Source: Sediminispirochaeta sp. (GTDB taxonomy: Bacteria > Spirochaetota > Spirochaetia > B11-G9). Taken from it: a stretch of 64,000 nucleotides of DNA. Every line of letters begins with the position of its first letter. Positions within the stretch are counted from its first letter, which is position 1. The notes beneath the pieces are model-generated. The model did no database searches and had not been told where the DNA came from. It was given only the letters and a program-made list of their open reading frames with translations. Both the position numbers and the translations under genes were made by a program. The DNA lies in assembly GCA_024763455.1 (NCBI GenBank), contig JANTFL010000001.1, positions 26,678-90,677 of the forward strand, in the 5' to 3' direction. Of this stretch, positions 18,820-29,720 are shown piece after piece.

Positions 18820-20712
18820 GTGGGAACACAAAATGAGCAGCCTAATGATAACAGAAATAAAGAACCTAACAATTTAAAATTTGATTTTAACAAGAACAGG
18901 TTTGCGCTGTTTTTTCTGTTATCACTCATAGCAATGTTTTTTATCCTTTTTCTGGTTAATGGAGACACTCCATCAATGGAGATTCCCTATTCAACATTTC
19001 TTACGTATCTTGAACAGGATCAGATCACTTCGGTCAAGATTCTGGATGGGAACGAAATTTATGGTACATTGTCCGGTCAGGCGGATAACCTTTCTACCTT
19101 CAAGACCCGAATTCCGTACTATGATGAATTGCTGATGAAAGATCTTCGGGAGAAAGGAGTCAAGGTGACCGGTGCACCAAAGCCTGTTTCTTTTGGTGAA
19201 ATTCTCCTTCAGCTTCTGCCATGGGTACTTTTTCTGTTTTTCTTCTGGTTCATGTTCAGACAGGTTCAGGGAGGGGGCAGCAAGGCTTTTTCCTTCGGCA
19301 AGAGCAAAGCGAGACAGTATTCCGACGAAAAGGAAAAGGTTCGGTTTAACGATGTAGCAGGTCAGGAAGAAGCCAAATATGAATTGAGTGAAGTTGTTGA
19401 TTTCCTCAAAAATCCATCGAAGTACACCCAGATGGGTGCAAAAATTCCAAAGGGAGTTCTTCTCGTCGGCATGCCGGGTACAGGAAAAACTTTAATGGCA
19501 AAAGCTGTAGCAGGGGAAGCCGGGGTTGCTTTCTTTCATATGTCCGGATCAGATTTTGTCGAGATGTTTGTCGGGGTCGGTGCCAGCAGGGTTAGGGATT
19601 TGTTTGATAAGGGACGTAAAAATGCACCCTGTATCCTGTTTATTGATGAGCTTGACGCAGTCGGAAGGACCAGGGGAGCTGGTTACGGCGGAGGCAACGA
19701 CGAGCGGGAACAGACTTTGAATCAAATGCTTGTTGAAATGGATGGATTTAATACAAAGGATGGAGTAATTATTCTGGCTGCAACCAACAGACCTGATGTA
19801 TTAGACCCTGCATTGTTACGCCCAGGACGGTTTGACAGACAGGTAGTTGTCGATATGCCGGATGTCAGGGAACGGGAGCAGATTCTTAAGATACATGCAT
19901 CCAAAATACCCTTGGGGAAGAACGTGGATCTGAACAGAATCGCAAAGGCTACTCCGGGCAGTTCGGGGGCTGATCTTGCCAATCTGGTAAATGAAGCAGT
20001 TTTGTATGCTGCGCGGTACAACGCAAAGGAAGTTACCATCGAGCATTTTGAAGAAGCAAGGGACAAACTCCTCCTCGGTGTTGCGAGGAAATCAAAGCTT
20101 ATTACCGCCGAGGAAAAGCGGGCAACTGCATATCATGAAGCCGGACACGCACTGCTTCACTATCATCTCGAGAATTCCGATCCCCTTCACAAGGTTACCA
20201 TTATTCCCCGGGGGAGAGCTTTAGGTATGGCTATTTCTCTTCCAGAAAAAGACTCTTATTCAAGGAAAAAAGGATGGCTTCTTGACAGGATAAAAATTGC
20301 CATGGGCGGATACGTTGCAGAGGAGCTTATTTACTCGGAAACAACGACCGGAACCCAGAATGATATCAAGCAGGCTACCGAAATAGCCCACCGGATGGTT
20401 ACTGAATGGGGGATGAGTGAAGAACTTGGTTTTATCTCATTAGGAAAGGAAGATGAGCCGATATTCATAGGGAAAGAAATAGCCAGACATAAAGATTACT
20501 CCGAGGAAACAGCCAGGAAGGTAGATGAAGAGATCAAGAAAATTATGGAAAGTTGTCTTGCAGAAACAAGAAAGATCCTTTCTGATAATATCAACCAGCT
20601 TAAAACTCTTGCAGAAGAACTTATTGAAAAGGAAACCCTTGATGATGCGGATATCAAGAAACTCCTTGGAATCCCTGAAAAGGATACTGAGCAGGAAGAA
20701 GAGAAAGAATAA
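18820..20712 (+). CDS. ftsH: ATP-dependent zinc metalloprotease FtsH
   Basis: GTG start; two TM segments, Walker [12 protein letters not shown], and HEAGH zinc site. Confidence 0.95.
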   Translation: MGTQNEQPNDNRNKEPNNLKFDFNKNRFALFFLLSLIAMFFILFLVNGDTPSMEIPYSTFLTYLEQDQITSVKILDGNEIYGTLSGQADNLSTFKTRIPYYDELLMKDLREKGVKVTGAPKPVSFGEILLQLLPWVLFLFFFWFMFRQVQGGGSKAFSFGKSKARQYSDEKEKVRFNDVAGQEEAKYELSEVVDFLKNPSKYTQMGAKIPKGVLLVGMPGTGKTLMAKAVAGEAGVAFFHMSGSDFVEMFVGVGASRVRDLFDKGRKNAPCILFIDELDAVGRTRGAGYGGGNDEREQTLNQMLVEMDGFNTKDGVIILAATNRPDVLDPALLRPGRFDRQVVVDMPDVREREQILKIHASKIPLGKNVDLNRIAKATPGSSGADLANLVNEAVLYAARYNAKEVTIEHFEEARDKLLLGVARKSKLITAEEKRATAYHEAGHALLHYHLENSDPLHKVTIIPRGRALGMAISLPEKDSYSRKKGWLLDRIKIAMGGYVAEELIYSETTTGTQNDIKQATEIAHRMVTEWGMSEELGFISLGKEDEPIFIGKEIARHKDYSEETARKVDEEIKKIMESCLAETRKILSDNINQLKTLAEELIEKETLDDADIKKLLGIPEKDTEQEEEKE

Positions 20713-20728
20713 AACCCCGGCACAGCTT

Positions 20729-22405
20729 TTGACAGCAAAACTGTCAGCAGCAGTGTTGTTACTATTTTCTCTCTCCTTTTATGTGTTCCCTGAAAATTTG
20801 GAAACCCGGCAGGACAAAGAACTTGCCGGGGTTTACTTCAATAATGCCCTTTCCGCCTTAAAGGCGGGCAATAGTACCGGTTCCCTTGAATTACTGAATG
20901 TTTCAATCCTGTTCAACAAAGATTCCTCCGACTCAAGATATTTGAAAGCTTTAATTCTTTCAGATATGGGCAAATACCGACTCTCGCAGAAAGAATTGAA
21001 GATTGCTTTCCTCCTTGGCTCCTGGGAACATTTCAGCAGTTTTGACGGAAAGAAACTCTTTGCGGATAATTTCCTGCGTCAGGGAGATTCCACATCTGCA
21101 TACGAGACACTTGCTCCCCTTGCAGATACCCTCGGTACAGATGCATCAGCAGCAAGGGTTTTTGCCCTTTCATCGGCAGCTTCGGGGCACGTAAACCAGG
21201 CTGTCCAAACAGCACGGCTGTTCCCTTCAAAGGATTTTTCCCAAAAAATACTTGCAAGATATGATACAGGATGGCGGAATAGTGCAATCGGAAAGATACT
21301 GCAGGGTGATCCCGCATTGTACTATACCAAGGAGGCTGTACAGGAGATCATCTTACTCGCTCCCGATGCGTACCTGCCGAAAATGCTTTCATATTATCAA
21401 AACAGGTGGGGGGATGACCGCTTTTTCCAGATTAACTCGCTTATTACCAATGATTCCAGCCTGGAAAAAAGAATAGAGTTGGTATTTGCCAAAGCAGAGT
21501 CTATAGACAGAGCAGATATAGTGAGAATCAAACAGATTCTTGACAGAAAAAATATTGTGTATGATGCCAAAGCATTTTTTAAAGATAAAAAGATTATAAT
21601 CAATGAGGATGACAACAAAGACGGTCTTATAGACGGCCGGACAATACTTGATTCAGGGTTTATTACGGAAACAGTTGCAGATGCAAACCATGATACCCTC
21701 AACGATTACAAAATAACCAGTCCCGGTGGGAAAATTACAACAGTAATGATAAGGACCAATGACAAAAAGATAGAAGCTGCATATAAACCATACCCATTTC
21801 TCTCTGAATATACCGTTACCCTGGAAGGCCGGCGGAGAGTGTACCATCTTTTGCCATACAAAGCTGTGTACCCTGTTGTGGTGATTCCTGAATCCATTAT
21901 AGATGATACCCTGAGGTTAAATGAATATACACAAGAGCTTTCTCCTCTGTATTTGGAGACTGTTTCAACGCAGATAGAGGAAACCTCTTTGACTGGAGAT
22001 GATGTTCTCATTGCAGAAAGAAAGAGTCTGCAGGATACAGAACTCAAACTATTACATGATAACGGATTGGTTTTCTCAGAACGTGAGTACAGCGGTGAAA
22101 AAGTTACGGCTGAAAAAAAGGATTTAGATGGAGACGGTATACCGGATCTTCTATATACGTACAAAAACGGCTCTCTACAATCCGCACGTGTTGACAGAAA
22201 CCATAATGGCTACCCTGAATACATGGAAGAATATATTCCTGTGCACATAACGAAGTGGGATTTTGATGATGACGGGACTTTCGATTACCGGGAGTACATG
22301 GAAAAGGATAATCTGATTAGGGAGTATTCTACTAACATGGATGGAAATTTCGATCTGCGTTTTGAAGGAAGAGCAGGTACAGAAAACAGTGGTTTAGTTC
22401 AATGA
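20729..22405 (+). CDS. hypothetical secreted protein with TPR-like N-terminal region and DxDGDG (Ca-binding-like) C-terminal repeats
   Basis: TTG start giving signal-peptide-like TAKLSAAVLLLFSLSFYVFP; the ORF track's upstream ATG at 20525 would overlap ftsH by 188 nt; C-terminal DLDGDGIPD / FDDDGTFD motifs. Confidence 0.5.
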   Translation: MTAKLSAAVLLLFSLSFYVFPENLETRQDKELAGVYFNNALSALKAGNSTGSLELLNVSILFNKDSSDSRYLKALILSDMGKYRLSQKELKIAFLLGSWEHFSSFDGKKLFADNFLRQGDSTSAYETLAPLADTLGTDASAARVFALSSAASGHVNQAVQTARLFPSKDFSQKILARYDTGWRNSAIGKILQGDPALYYTKEAVQEIILLAPDAYLPKMLSYYQNRWGDDRFFQINSLITNDSSLEKRIELVFAKAESIDRADIVRIKQILDRKNIVYDAKAFFKDKKIIINEDDNKDGLIDGRTILDSGFITETVADANHDTLNDYKITSPGGKITTVMIRTNDKKIEAAYKPYPFLSEYTVTLEGRRRVYHLLPYKAVYPVVVIPESIIDDTLRLNEYTQELSPLYLETVSTQIEETSLTGDDVLIAERKSLQDTELKLLHDNGLVFSEREYSGEKVTAEKKDLDGDGIPDLLYTYKNGSLQSARVDRNHNGYPEYMEEYIPVHITKWDFDDDGTFDYREYMEKDNLIREYSTNMDGNFDLRFEGRAGTENSGLVQ

Positions 22406-24171
22406 AACGAGTAGTACTCCTTTTTCTCTCTTCCCTACTGATAATCTCCTGTGCAGGGCTCAGGGGTAATATCGGGAAAGATCCCCAACCTGTAGAGAAG
22501 GTTACGGTTGAGCGAATCAATTCGCTGATAGATGCAGGAGAGCTCGCAGAGGCATTTCAGGATCTTTCATGGCTGCCTGTTAACAGTAAAGCTGATAAAG
22601 CGGTCCTGGAGGAAAGATTAAAGAGCAAATTCCAATCCGAATATGATAAAGCTCTGGATAACAGTGGATATCTCGATGCCTACAGGATACTCATTTCAGT
22701 AAAAACCGCTGGGATTGAGATCAATAGCCGGGGTAGAACAGCAAACGATCTTATAAAGGAGCTGGTCTATTCACGGTCTGAAGAAAGCAGCCATGAATCA
22801 AGACTTTATGTTGCCAGAAAGTACTTTGACTTTGGCAGCCTGGGAAAAGAGGATCTGGGACGAATAACAGAAATGGCTGTGAAAGATGGGGATAAAGGGT
22901 TCCTTGAGTTTGTTGAGCCTTTTCTGAAGGAAAGAGGTCTTGACCCATCTCCTGACTTTAAAAAGGTACAAAAAAGCAGATATGCAAGTTCTCAGCTTAT
23001 TAAAGGAACCGTTACGATCTGGGTAAACCGGGGGATGAAAATTGAGAACGGTATGGGTATACCTGACCGGGTAATTGGCAGTGGTTTTTTTATTGACAGG
23101 AACGGATATATTCTCACCAACTACCATGTAATATCCAGTGAAGTAGATCCTGAGTATGAAGGATACTCCCGGTTGTATGTAAAGCTTTCAGATAATAGAA
23201 AGGAAAAGATTCCTGCGAAGGTTGTTGGTTGGGATTCTGTTTTTGATATTGCCTTGCTAAAAGTGGACAGTACTCCTGAAACGGTGTTCCGGTTCGGAAA
23301 AGAACAAGATTATGAACCGGGGACCCCTATTATTGCAATTGGCTCTCCAGGGGGGTTGGAAAATACAATTACATCAGGGATAATTTCAGCCTATGGGAGG
23401 AAGTTTCTTCAGCTTGGAACCGTTATCCAGGTTGATGCCCCGATAAATCATGGCAATAGCGGCGGACCGCTACTCGATATGGATAATAATCTTATCGGAG
23501 TCGTTTTCGCTGGTATTGAGCAGTTTGAAGGAATCAATTTTGCAATACCGAGCAGGTACATAGTAAGCCTTCTTCCTGATTTGTACCGGGGCGGAAAGGT
23601 AAAGCATCCTTTTCTCGGATTTTCCCTGACAGAAAAGAACAATACTGTATCGGTTACGTATGTAATGCCAGGGAGCAGCGCCGGCAGATCGGGAGTAGGA
23701 AAGGGCACGGTTATTAGAGAAATAAACGGTACCGGTATTGATTCTATTGAGAAGCTGCAGAGAGAGATGCTGAAGTATTCACCGGGCATGATCGTAAAAC
23801 TTGGAATGGAAAAAGATGGAAATCCCTTTAACGGATTCTTCGCTCTTTCGGCAAGACCTGAAATACCGGCGGAAGATGCTTATGACAACGATGCTACCGA
23901 AAATCTGTTTCTTCCTTTGTTTGGGATGGATGTGGATTCTGTTTCAACAGGAATAACAGGGAATAAATTTATAATCACTTCAATCCTTGAAGGATCAATT
24001 GCAGATGAATCAGGATTATCCGTCAACGATCCATTTACTGTGCAGAGGATCAAGATAGATAATGAAAATCATATCCTGTACATGGAGATTCGGATAAAAA
24101 GGAGAAAATCCGGTTTTCTAGAAAGCGGACTCATGCTGAGTACCTACCTGGAAACCGGTGATTTTATTTAA
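22402..24171 (+). CDS. trypsin-like serine protease (S1C/HtrA-like) lipoprotein with PDZ-like C-terminal region
   Basis: lipobox LLIISCAG; catalytic motifs GSGFFIDRNGYILTNYHV (His), D, and GNSGGPLLD (Ser). Confidence 0.8.
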   Translation: MKRVVLLFLSSLLIISCAGLRGNIGKDPQPVEKVTVERINSLIDAGELAEAFQDLSWLPVNSKADKAVLEERLKSKFQSEYDKALDNSGYLDAYRILISVKTAGIEINSRGRTANDLIKELVYSRSEESSHESRLYVARKYFDFGSLGKEDLGRITEMAVKDGDKGFLEFVEPFLKERGLDPSPDFKKVQKSRYASSQLIKGTVTIWVNRGMKIENGMGIPDRVIGSGFFIDRNGYILTNYHVISSEVDPEYEGYSRLYVKLSDNRKEKIPAKVVGWDSVFDIALLKVDSTPETVFRFGKEQDYEPGTPIIAIGSPGGLENTITSGIISAYGRKFLQLGTVIQVDAPINHGNSGGPLLDMDNNLIGVVFAGIEQFEGINFAIPSRYIVSLLPDLYRGGKVKHPFLGFSLTEKNNTVSVTYVMPGSSAGRSGVGKGTVIREINGTGIDSIEKLQREMLKYSPGMIVKLGMEKDGNPFNGFFALSARPEIPAEDAYDNDATENLFLPLFGMDVDSVSTGITGNKFIITSILEGSIADESGLSVNDPFTVQRIKIDNENHILYMEIRIKRRKSGFLESGLMLSTYLETGDFI

Positions 24172-25588
24172 AAGAATGCTTGATGACTTGATTGAAGACA
24201 AAGCTGTGAAAATTCTCGTTGTAGAGGATGAAGCGATCATTGCACATAATCTTATCAAGGAATTGAATACGAGTGGCTTTTCAGCCTCAGGGTTTGTAGA
24301 TACCGGAGAAAAGGCTTTGACGGAAATTGCAGAAAACCGTCCTGATCTTGTTATTCTGGATATTTCAATTAAGGGTAAAATAGATGGAATTAAGACGGCG
24401 GAGATAATCAAATCTCAATTTGGGATACCGTGTATATTCTATTCCGGTTGCGACGATCTTTCCTGTCTTAAGAGAGCCCGGCGTGCTGAACCCTATGGAT
24501 ATATCCCAAAGAATTCCACAAGAATCGATCTTTATACGACCGTCAGGATTGCTCTGCAGCGGTTCAGGATAGAGCAGGAATTTCGATCAAAAGATAGAAT
24601 GTTAAATGCAACGCTTAAAAGTATTTCCGATGCAGTTGTAGGGTTGAATCCCGAAGGAAAGATTATTGCATGGAACTGCGGAGCCGAAAAAATCTTCGGG
24701 TGGGTTGCTGATGATATTCTTGGTGATAATGTTGCTATCCTTGTCCCATCATACATACCGAACGAATTTCCGGGAATAATGGACGATCTCATTAAGACCG
24801 GCGATTTTAGACAATACGATACCCTTTTTCAACGGAAGGATAAAAAGATCTTCAATGCTGCAGTGACAATTTCACCGGTTGATGAACTTGGGGGTGGTAT
24901 CACAGGGTTTTCCCTGGTGGTCAAGGATATAAGTGATCGAAAAGAACTGGAAAAACAGATAATTGATATTCTGGAAGATGAACGGTTCAGAATCGGCAGG
25001 GATCTTCATGACAACCTCGGTCAATACCTGACAGGGATACTTTTAAAACTGAAGGTGCTTGAAACTTCCCTGGGGAAAAAGGGTATAGATGATGACAAGG
25101 CTATTGTTGTCAGAATTTCAAATCATGTGAAGATGGTCCTCGACAGGATGAGGGAGCTTTCAAGAGGGCTGATATCTCTGGGACTTCAGAAGATGAGTCT
25201 TAGGGAGGCAATTCATGAGCTCACCCTTTTCTATTCCAGAGTTAATGAGATAGAGGTTCTGTTCAATTCCGAGATGGAGTATAAAATCGTGAACTACCGG
25301 GTCGTTGTGCAGCTCTACCATATAACCCAGGAAGCTATAACAAATGCATTAAAACATGCATCATGCAGCCGTATCGAAATAGTCCTGAAAACCGATGAGA
25401 CCGATATAGTTCTTTCCATAAAGGATAATGGAAAGGGGTTCACCCTCAACGGCAGCTCCGGGATAGGACTGAAGATTATGAAGTATAGAGCTGGAATAAT
25501 AAATGGTCAACTTCAGATTTACAGTAACAGCTCCGGTTCCACCGTACAGTGCAGCATACCGAGGAAACTCATAAAGGAAGAGGTATGA
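24158..25588 (+). CDS. hybrid sensor histidine kinase: N-terminal receiver, PAS, HisKA_3 (NarX/DegS-type), HATPase_c
   Basis: REC (ILVVEDE...DLVILDI), PAS-like middle, H-box RIGRDLHDNLGQYLTG, and ATP-binding G-boxes (DNGKGF, GIGL). Confidence 0.8.
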   Translation: MILFKRMLDDLIEDKAVKILVVEDEAIIAHNLIKELNTSGFSASGFVDTGEKALTEIAENRPDLVILDISIKGKIDGIKTAEIIKSQFGIPCIFYSGCDDLSCLKRARRAEPYGYIPKNSTRIDLYTTVRIALQRFRIEQEFRSKDRMLNATLKSISDAVVGLNPEGKIIAWNCGAEKIFGWVADDILGDNVAILVPSYIPNEFPGIMDDLIKTGDFRQYDTLFQRKDKKIFNAAVTISPVDELGGGITGFSLVVKDISDRKELEKQIIDILEDERFRIGRDLHDNLGQYLTGILLKLKVLETSLGKKGIDDDKAIVVRISNHVKMVLDRMRELSRGLISLGLQKMSLREAIHELTLFYSRVNEIEVLFNSEMEYKIVNYRVVVQLYHITQEAITNALKHASCSRIEIVLKTDETDIVLSIKDNGKGFTLNGSSGIGLKIMKYRAGIINGQLQIYSNSSGSTVQCSIPRKLIKEEV

Positions 25589-26232
25589 ACGAAAAGAAAA
25601 TCCTGATTATAGAGGATCATCCTATTGTCAGAAAGGGTTTCAGTATGCTGATAAATCAGGATGATGAATTACAAACCATAGGGGAAGCAGGGGATTATCA
25701 CAGTGCTCTTGAAATGGTGCGGAATACAGAGGCAGACCTGATTTTGCTGGATTTATCACTGGGTGACGGAAACGGGATAGAGCTTATCAAAGAGATTAAA
25801 GTTATTAACCCGGCACTTCCGGTTTTGGTTGTATCACTCCATGATGAGAATCTATACGCCGAGCGGGCTCTTAAAGCAGGTGCTAAAGGGTACGTTATGA
25901 AAAGTGAAGCAACCGATAATATTCTGACTGCCATAAAAAAAATCATGAACGGCGAGGTGTATCTCAGCGAAGGGATGAAAGATAAATTCATAAACAGAAT
26001 GGCGGGAATGGGTAAGGAGGGTTCTTCTCCCATGGATATCCTGAGTGACCGGGAATTTGAAGTCTTTCAGTTTATCGGTGACGGCCGTACAACAAAGGAG
26101 ATAGCCCAGTTTTTAAACCTGAGTATCAAAACTGTAGAAACATATAAATCACATATAAAAACCAAACTTGAAATCAAAGATTCAACAGACCTTATCAGGA
26201 GAGCTGTTGAATGGAAAGTTGCTGACAGCTGA
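25585..26232 (+). CDS. DNA-binding response regulator, NarL/FixJ (LuxR HTH) family
   Basis: [15 protein letters not shown]...[11 protein letters not shown] plus C-terminal Lux[43 protein letters not shown]. Confidence 0.85.
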   Translation: MNEKKILIIEDHPIVRKGFSMLINQDDELQTIGEAGDYHSALEMVRNTEADLILLDLSLGDGNGIELIKEIKVINPALPVLVVSLHDENLYAERALKAGAKGYVMKSEATDNILTAIKKIMNGEVYLSEGMKDKFINRMAGMGKEGSSPMDILSDREFEVFQFIGDGRTTKEIAQFLNLSIKTVETYKSHIKTKLEIKDSTDLIRRAVEWKVADS

Positions 26233-26278
26233 AACCCCTCTTATTGAAGTCCTTACTCCTTTCAGGTATAGTGGGCTT

Positions 26279-28081
26279 ATGAAAGTACCGAGAGAACGAA
26301 TTAGAAATTTCTGTATTATTGCGCATATAGACCACGGCAAATCGACCCTGGCAGACAGGTTTATCGAAAAAGCCATGATTATAGATAAACGTAAATTCCA
26401 GAATCAGCTTCTGGACAGTATGGATATCGAGCGGGAACGAGGTATTACTATTAAATCCCAGGCGGTAACAATTCCCTATATCGGGAAGGAGGGGGAGATG
26501 TACACTCTGAATCTTGTTGATACCCCTGGACATGTGGATTTCTCCTATGAGGTTTCAAGAGCAATTTCCTCCTGTGAAGGCGCTCTTCTTCTTATTGATG
26601 CAAGTCAAGGAGTGGAAGCACAGACCCTGGCAAATATGTATATGGCTCTTGAACACGATCTGGAAATAATCCCGGTAATTAACAAGATAGACCTGCCCAG
26701 TGCTGATATAGATTTTGTCAAGCACCAGATCGATCATGATCTTGGTCTCGATTCCGATACCGCAGTGCTTGTATCAGCAAAGACGGGGGAGGGGGTAGAT
26801 GACCTTCTTGAGGCTCTGGTTGAATATGTTCCAGCTCCCAGAGGTGATGAAAACATTCCTCTAAAGGCCCTTATCTTCGATTCTCACTACGATCCATACA
26901 GAGGGGTGATTATACACGTAAGAGTCTTCGAAGGCACCCTGAAAAGCGGTGATACCATAAAACTCTTCTTTTCAGAGAATAGCTATAAAGTTGAGGAAAC
27001 CGGTATTTTCAGAATAGATTTGGAAAAAAAGGATAGACTGACATCCGGCGAGGTAGGATACATTATTGCAGGTATCAAGACCATTTCCGACATCAGAATC
27101 GGAGATACGATAACTGTAGTGGATAACCCCTGCAGTGAACCTTTGGATGGATTCAAAGAGGTACAGCCTGTTGTTTTTTCGTCGATTTATCCCGTCGATT
27201 CCGAGGATTACGAGGAACTGCATACAGCAATAGACAGGCTGAAACTGAATGATGCTTCCTTGGTATATGAAAAGGATTCTTCAGCCGCCCTTGGCTTCGG
27301 TTTCAGGTGCGGGTTTCTCGGTCTGCTTCATCTGGAAGTTGTACAGGAGCGGTTGGAGCGGGAATTCGGCCTCTCCATAGTGTTTACTTCCCCTTCGGTT
27401 CAGTATCATCTGTTTTTGAAAAACGGGGAGGATCATTTTATAGATAACCCTCTTGAGTTCCCTGATCCGATGCAGATAGAGTATGTTGAGGAGCCTTATA
27501 TCAAAGCAACCCTTATTACCCCCTCCGAATTTGTCGGGGGTATTATAAAGCTGTGCCTTGAAAAGCGGGGGGTTCAGGAATCAATGCATTATCTCGATGA
27601 GAAACGGGTGGAGCTTGTCTATGATATGCCTCTTGCAGAAGTTATTTTTGATTTTTATGATAGACTTAAATCAATCAGTCGGGGATATGCATCCTTTGAC
27701 TACGAGATCGATGACTTCAGGAGAACAGATCTTGTCAGACTTGATATCATGGTTAACGGGCAGGTAGTGGATGCTCTCTCCCAACTTGTATTCAGGGAGA
27801 ACGCTGTTCCAAGAGCAAGAGTAGTCTGTAAGAAGCTCAGAGAAGAGATCCCCCGTCAACAATTCAAGATACCCATACAGGGTGCAATTGGAAGCACAAT
27901 CATTGCCAGGGAGACAATATCCGCTCTACGAAAGGATGTCACTGCTAAATGTTACGGTGGAGATATATCTCGGAAGAGAAAACTTCTCGAGAAACAGAAA
28001 GAGGGAAAGAAGCGGATGAAAATGGTGGGGAATGTCGAAGTACCCCAGTCAGCTTTTCTTTCTGTCCTCAAGAGTGATTGA
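26279..28081 (+). CDS. lepA: elongation factor 4 (LepA)
   Basis: [21 protein letters not shown]1 motif, [12 protein letters not shown], and LepA C-terminal domain; start set at the conserved [11 protein letters not shown]. Confidence 0.9.
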   Translation: MKVPRERIRNFCIIAHIDHGKSTLADRFIEKAMIIDKRKFQNQLLDSMDIERERGITIKSQAVTIPYIGKEGEMYTLNLVDTPGHVDFSYEVSRAISSCEGALLLIDASQGVEAQTLANMYMALEHDLEIIPVINKIDLPSADIDFVKHQIDHDLGLDSDTAVLVSAKTGEGVDDLLEALVEYVPAPRGDENIPLKALIFDSHYDPYRGVIIHVRVFEGTLKSGDTIKLFFSENSYKVEETGIFRIDLEKKDRLTSGEVGYIIAGIKTISDIRIGDTITVVDNPCSEPLDGFKEVQPVVFSSIYPVDSEDYEELHTAIDRLKLNDASLVYEKDSSAALGFGFRCGFLGLLHLEVVQERLEREFGLSIVFTSPSVQYHLFLKNGEDHFIDNPLEFPDPMQIEYVEEPYIKATLITPSEFVGGIIKLCLEKRGVQESMHYLDEKRVELVYDMPLAEVIFDFYDRLKSISRGYASFDYEIDDFRRTDLVRLDIMVNGQVVDALSQLVFRENAVPRARVVCKKLREEIPRQQFKIPIQGAIGSTIIARETISALRKDVTAKCYGGDISRKRKLLEKQKEGKKRMKMVGNVEVPQSAFLSVLKSD

Positions 28082-29707
28082 CAGTGATTTTGTAAGAATG
28101 CCCCTGAAATATTCAGCCGAGAGCAGTACTCTTTTTATGTAATCTGGTGAAGCTTCATCTTTTGGAGGGAAGTCGGGGAAGTGTTTAAACAGGTAGTCCA
28201 TGGAGGAAAGGAGTTTTTTGACAGCTTCCCTGTCGGAAACTTCTCCCGCCAAAAATCTGTAGAGACCTGAATGCAGTTCCTCGATTTTTTTAAGCTCCTC
28301 TTCAAGAAATGAGATGTTTTTTACTAATCCCGGTTCAGTAACACTCCGTTTCGCTGAAGCATCTTCCCCTGCTGCAGGAATACTGCCCTCCTCACCAATA
28401 GCTTCGTCAATTTCTTGAATTATTCTTCCAGCGGATCTAAGTCCCAAAGTACCCAAATCGTACAATCTTTTTTCTTTTCCAAAATAAGCATTCATTAGGA
28501 GTGCGTATGAATAAAGAATTGTGTTTGAAAGCCTCATTGCTCCTCTTTTATCCTCTGTTTTCCTATACGGACGTGTAAGGAAAATATCGATGTTTTCGAC
28601 CGGAATAAGGCGTGTTGTATCAAAAAGTATAGAGGACTGAAAAGGGGTCCCCCTGGCATGAGACTTTCCGAGAATATATGAAAAATCAAGCCCCGTGTGA
28701 ATAACCGGTCCGCTGCTCATCATAAGGGCTATATAGACAGCGGTTATCCCGACCGATCCAAGGGGAGGGAGCATTGCAAGGTCCTTGAATTGGCTTCTGA
28801 CCCGTGTTATCAGGGTATTGTCATTGAATACCGAAAGGAAGGGATAAAGTGGGCCATTGAAGTTTCTGACTATGGAGGGGTAACAGGTTAAGTCGAAGAA
28901 CAAGGGGATGGAACTTTTTGTAAGTCCGATAAAATCAAAAAGATTGTAAACTTGCGCATCAACAGCAACTATGTAATCAGGGGTAATACCACTCTTCAAA
29001 AGGGCTGAAACCGCTGTATCAACAGCAACTAGTGCGATTTCATGCTGGTGGCGTTTTATCTGCGGTATCGATTCTTCCAGGGACTCACCGGCTCCCGTGA
29101 CAAGAACAGGACGGGAGTGTTCTATTCCGGTAAAATTCCCATTAATTATCCTGTCTTGATGTTCTTCGGTTAACGAAGCCATATTTAAAAATATATTTCT
29201 GATCCAGAGCGGCGCCATGTGTATTTCAGTCATCCTGTTCTGCCAGAACTCTTTGACTGCTGCTTCCAGAACCCCGAGTATCCTTTGATACTCATCTTTG
29301 TTCAGAAGATATCCCCCGGTAAGGGTAATCATTGATACTCTTCTGAAATGGTGAATACCGGCTTGCCGGAGTATTTGTAGGGCTTCCTGGATGTCGTTTC
29401 CGATATAATGAAAGCGGCTGTCCCGGGGGACAGAGGTACCAGTTTTTTCATAAAGATTAAAAAGTTTTTGATCAGTTTCGATAGCCAGGACCAGGCAGTC
29501 ATCCGGTAGATTTTGCAGCAGGGGTTCAATACCGTAAAAAAGGAGCGGAGAGGGAATAAAAAGGACAGTTTTCGGCAGAATCTTTATATGCCGAACTTTC
29601 CTTTCAACGGATTCTACAGGTGTTAGTGTATTGTAAAGATGTCTTTTCCGGTAAAAAACAGAAAACCCTCTGCCTGTATCAACAAGAAGAGGGTTTTGAG
29701 GCTTCAT
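28049..29707 (-). CDS. motility accessory factor (Maf) / DUF115 MptE-like family protein (putative flagellin nonulosonic-acid glycosyltransferase), paralog 1
   Basis: [11 protein letters not shown]...VAVDTA...[10 protein letters not shown] core shared with the ORFs at 42064 and 43721 and with the Maf GxGPSL motif family. Confidence 0.6.
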   Translation of the reverse strand: MKPQNPLLVDTGRGFSVFYRKRHLYNTLTPVESVERKVRHIKILPKTVLFIPSPLLFYGIEPLLQNLPDDCLVLAIETDQKLFNLYEKTGTSVPRDSRFHYIGNDIQEALQILRQAGIHHFRRVSMITLTGGYLLNKDEYQRILGVLEAAVKEFWQNRMTEIHMAPLWIRNIFLNMASLTEEHQDRIINGNFTGIEHSRPVLVTGAGESLEESIPQIKRHQHEIALVAVDTAVSALLKSGITPDYIVAVDAQVYNLFDFIGLTKSSIPLFFDLTCYPSIVRNFNGPLYPFLSVFNDNTLITRVRSQFKDLAMLPPLGSVGITAVYIALMMSSGPVIHTGLDFSYILGKSHARGTPFQSSILFDTTRLIPVENIDIFLTRPYRKTEDKRGAMRLSNTILYSYALLMNAYFGKEKRLYDLGTLGLRSAGRIIQEIDEAIGEEGSIPAAGEDASAKRSVTEPGLVKNISFLEEELKKIEELHSGLYRFLAGEVSDREAVKKLLSSMDYLFKHFPDFPPKDEASPDYIKRVLLSAEYFRGILTKSLSITLEDRKKS

Positions 29708-29720
29708 ACCTTTACTGCCC

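Noticed and set aside
20525-20728. Upstream ATG start (20525) for the TPR/Ca-binding protein
   Set aside because: It would overlap ftsH by 188 nt in another frame and give a highly basic, low-complexity N-extension. The TTG at 20729 yields a canonical signal peptide right after the ftsH stop.
26168-26278. N-terminal extension of lepA from the ATG at 26168
   Set aside because: Conserved LepA proteins begin near the [16 protein letters not shown] motif; the extension overlaps the response-regulator gene end and lacks conservation signatures.
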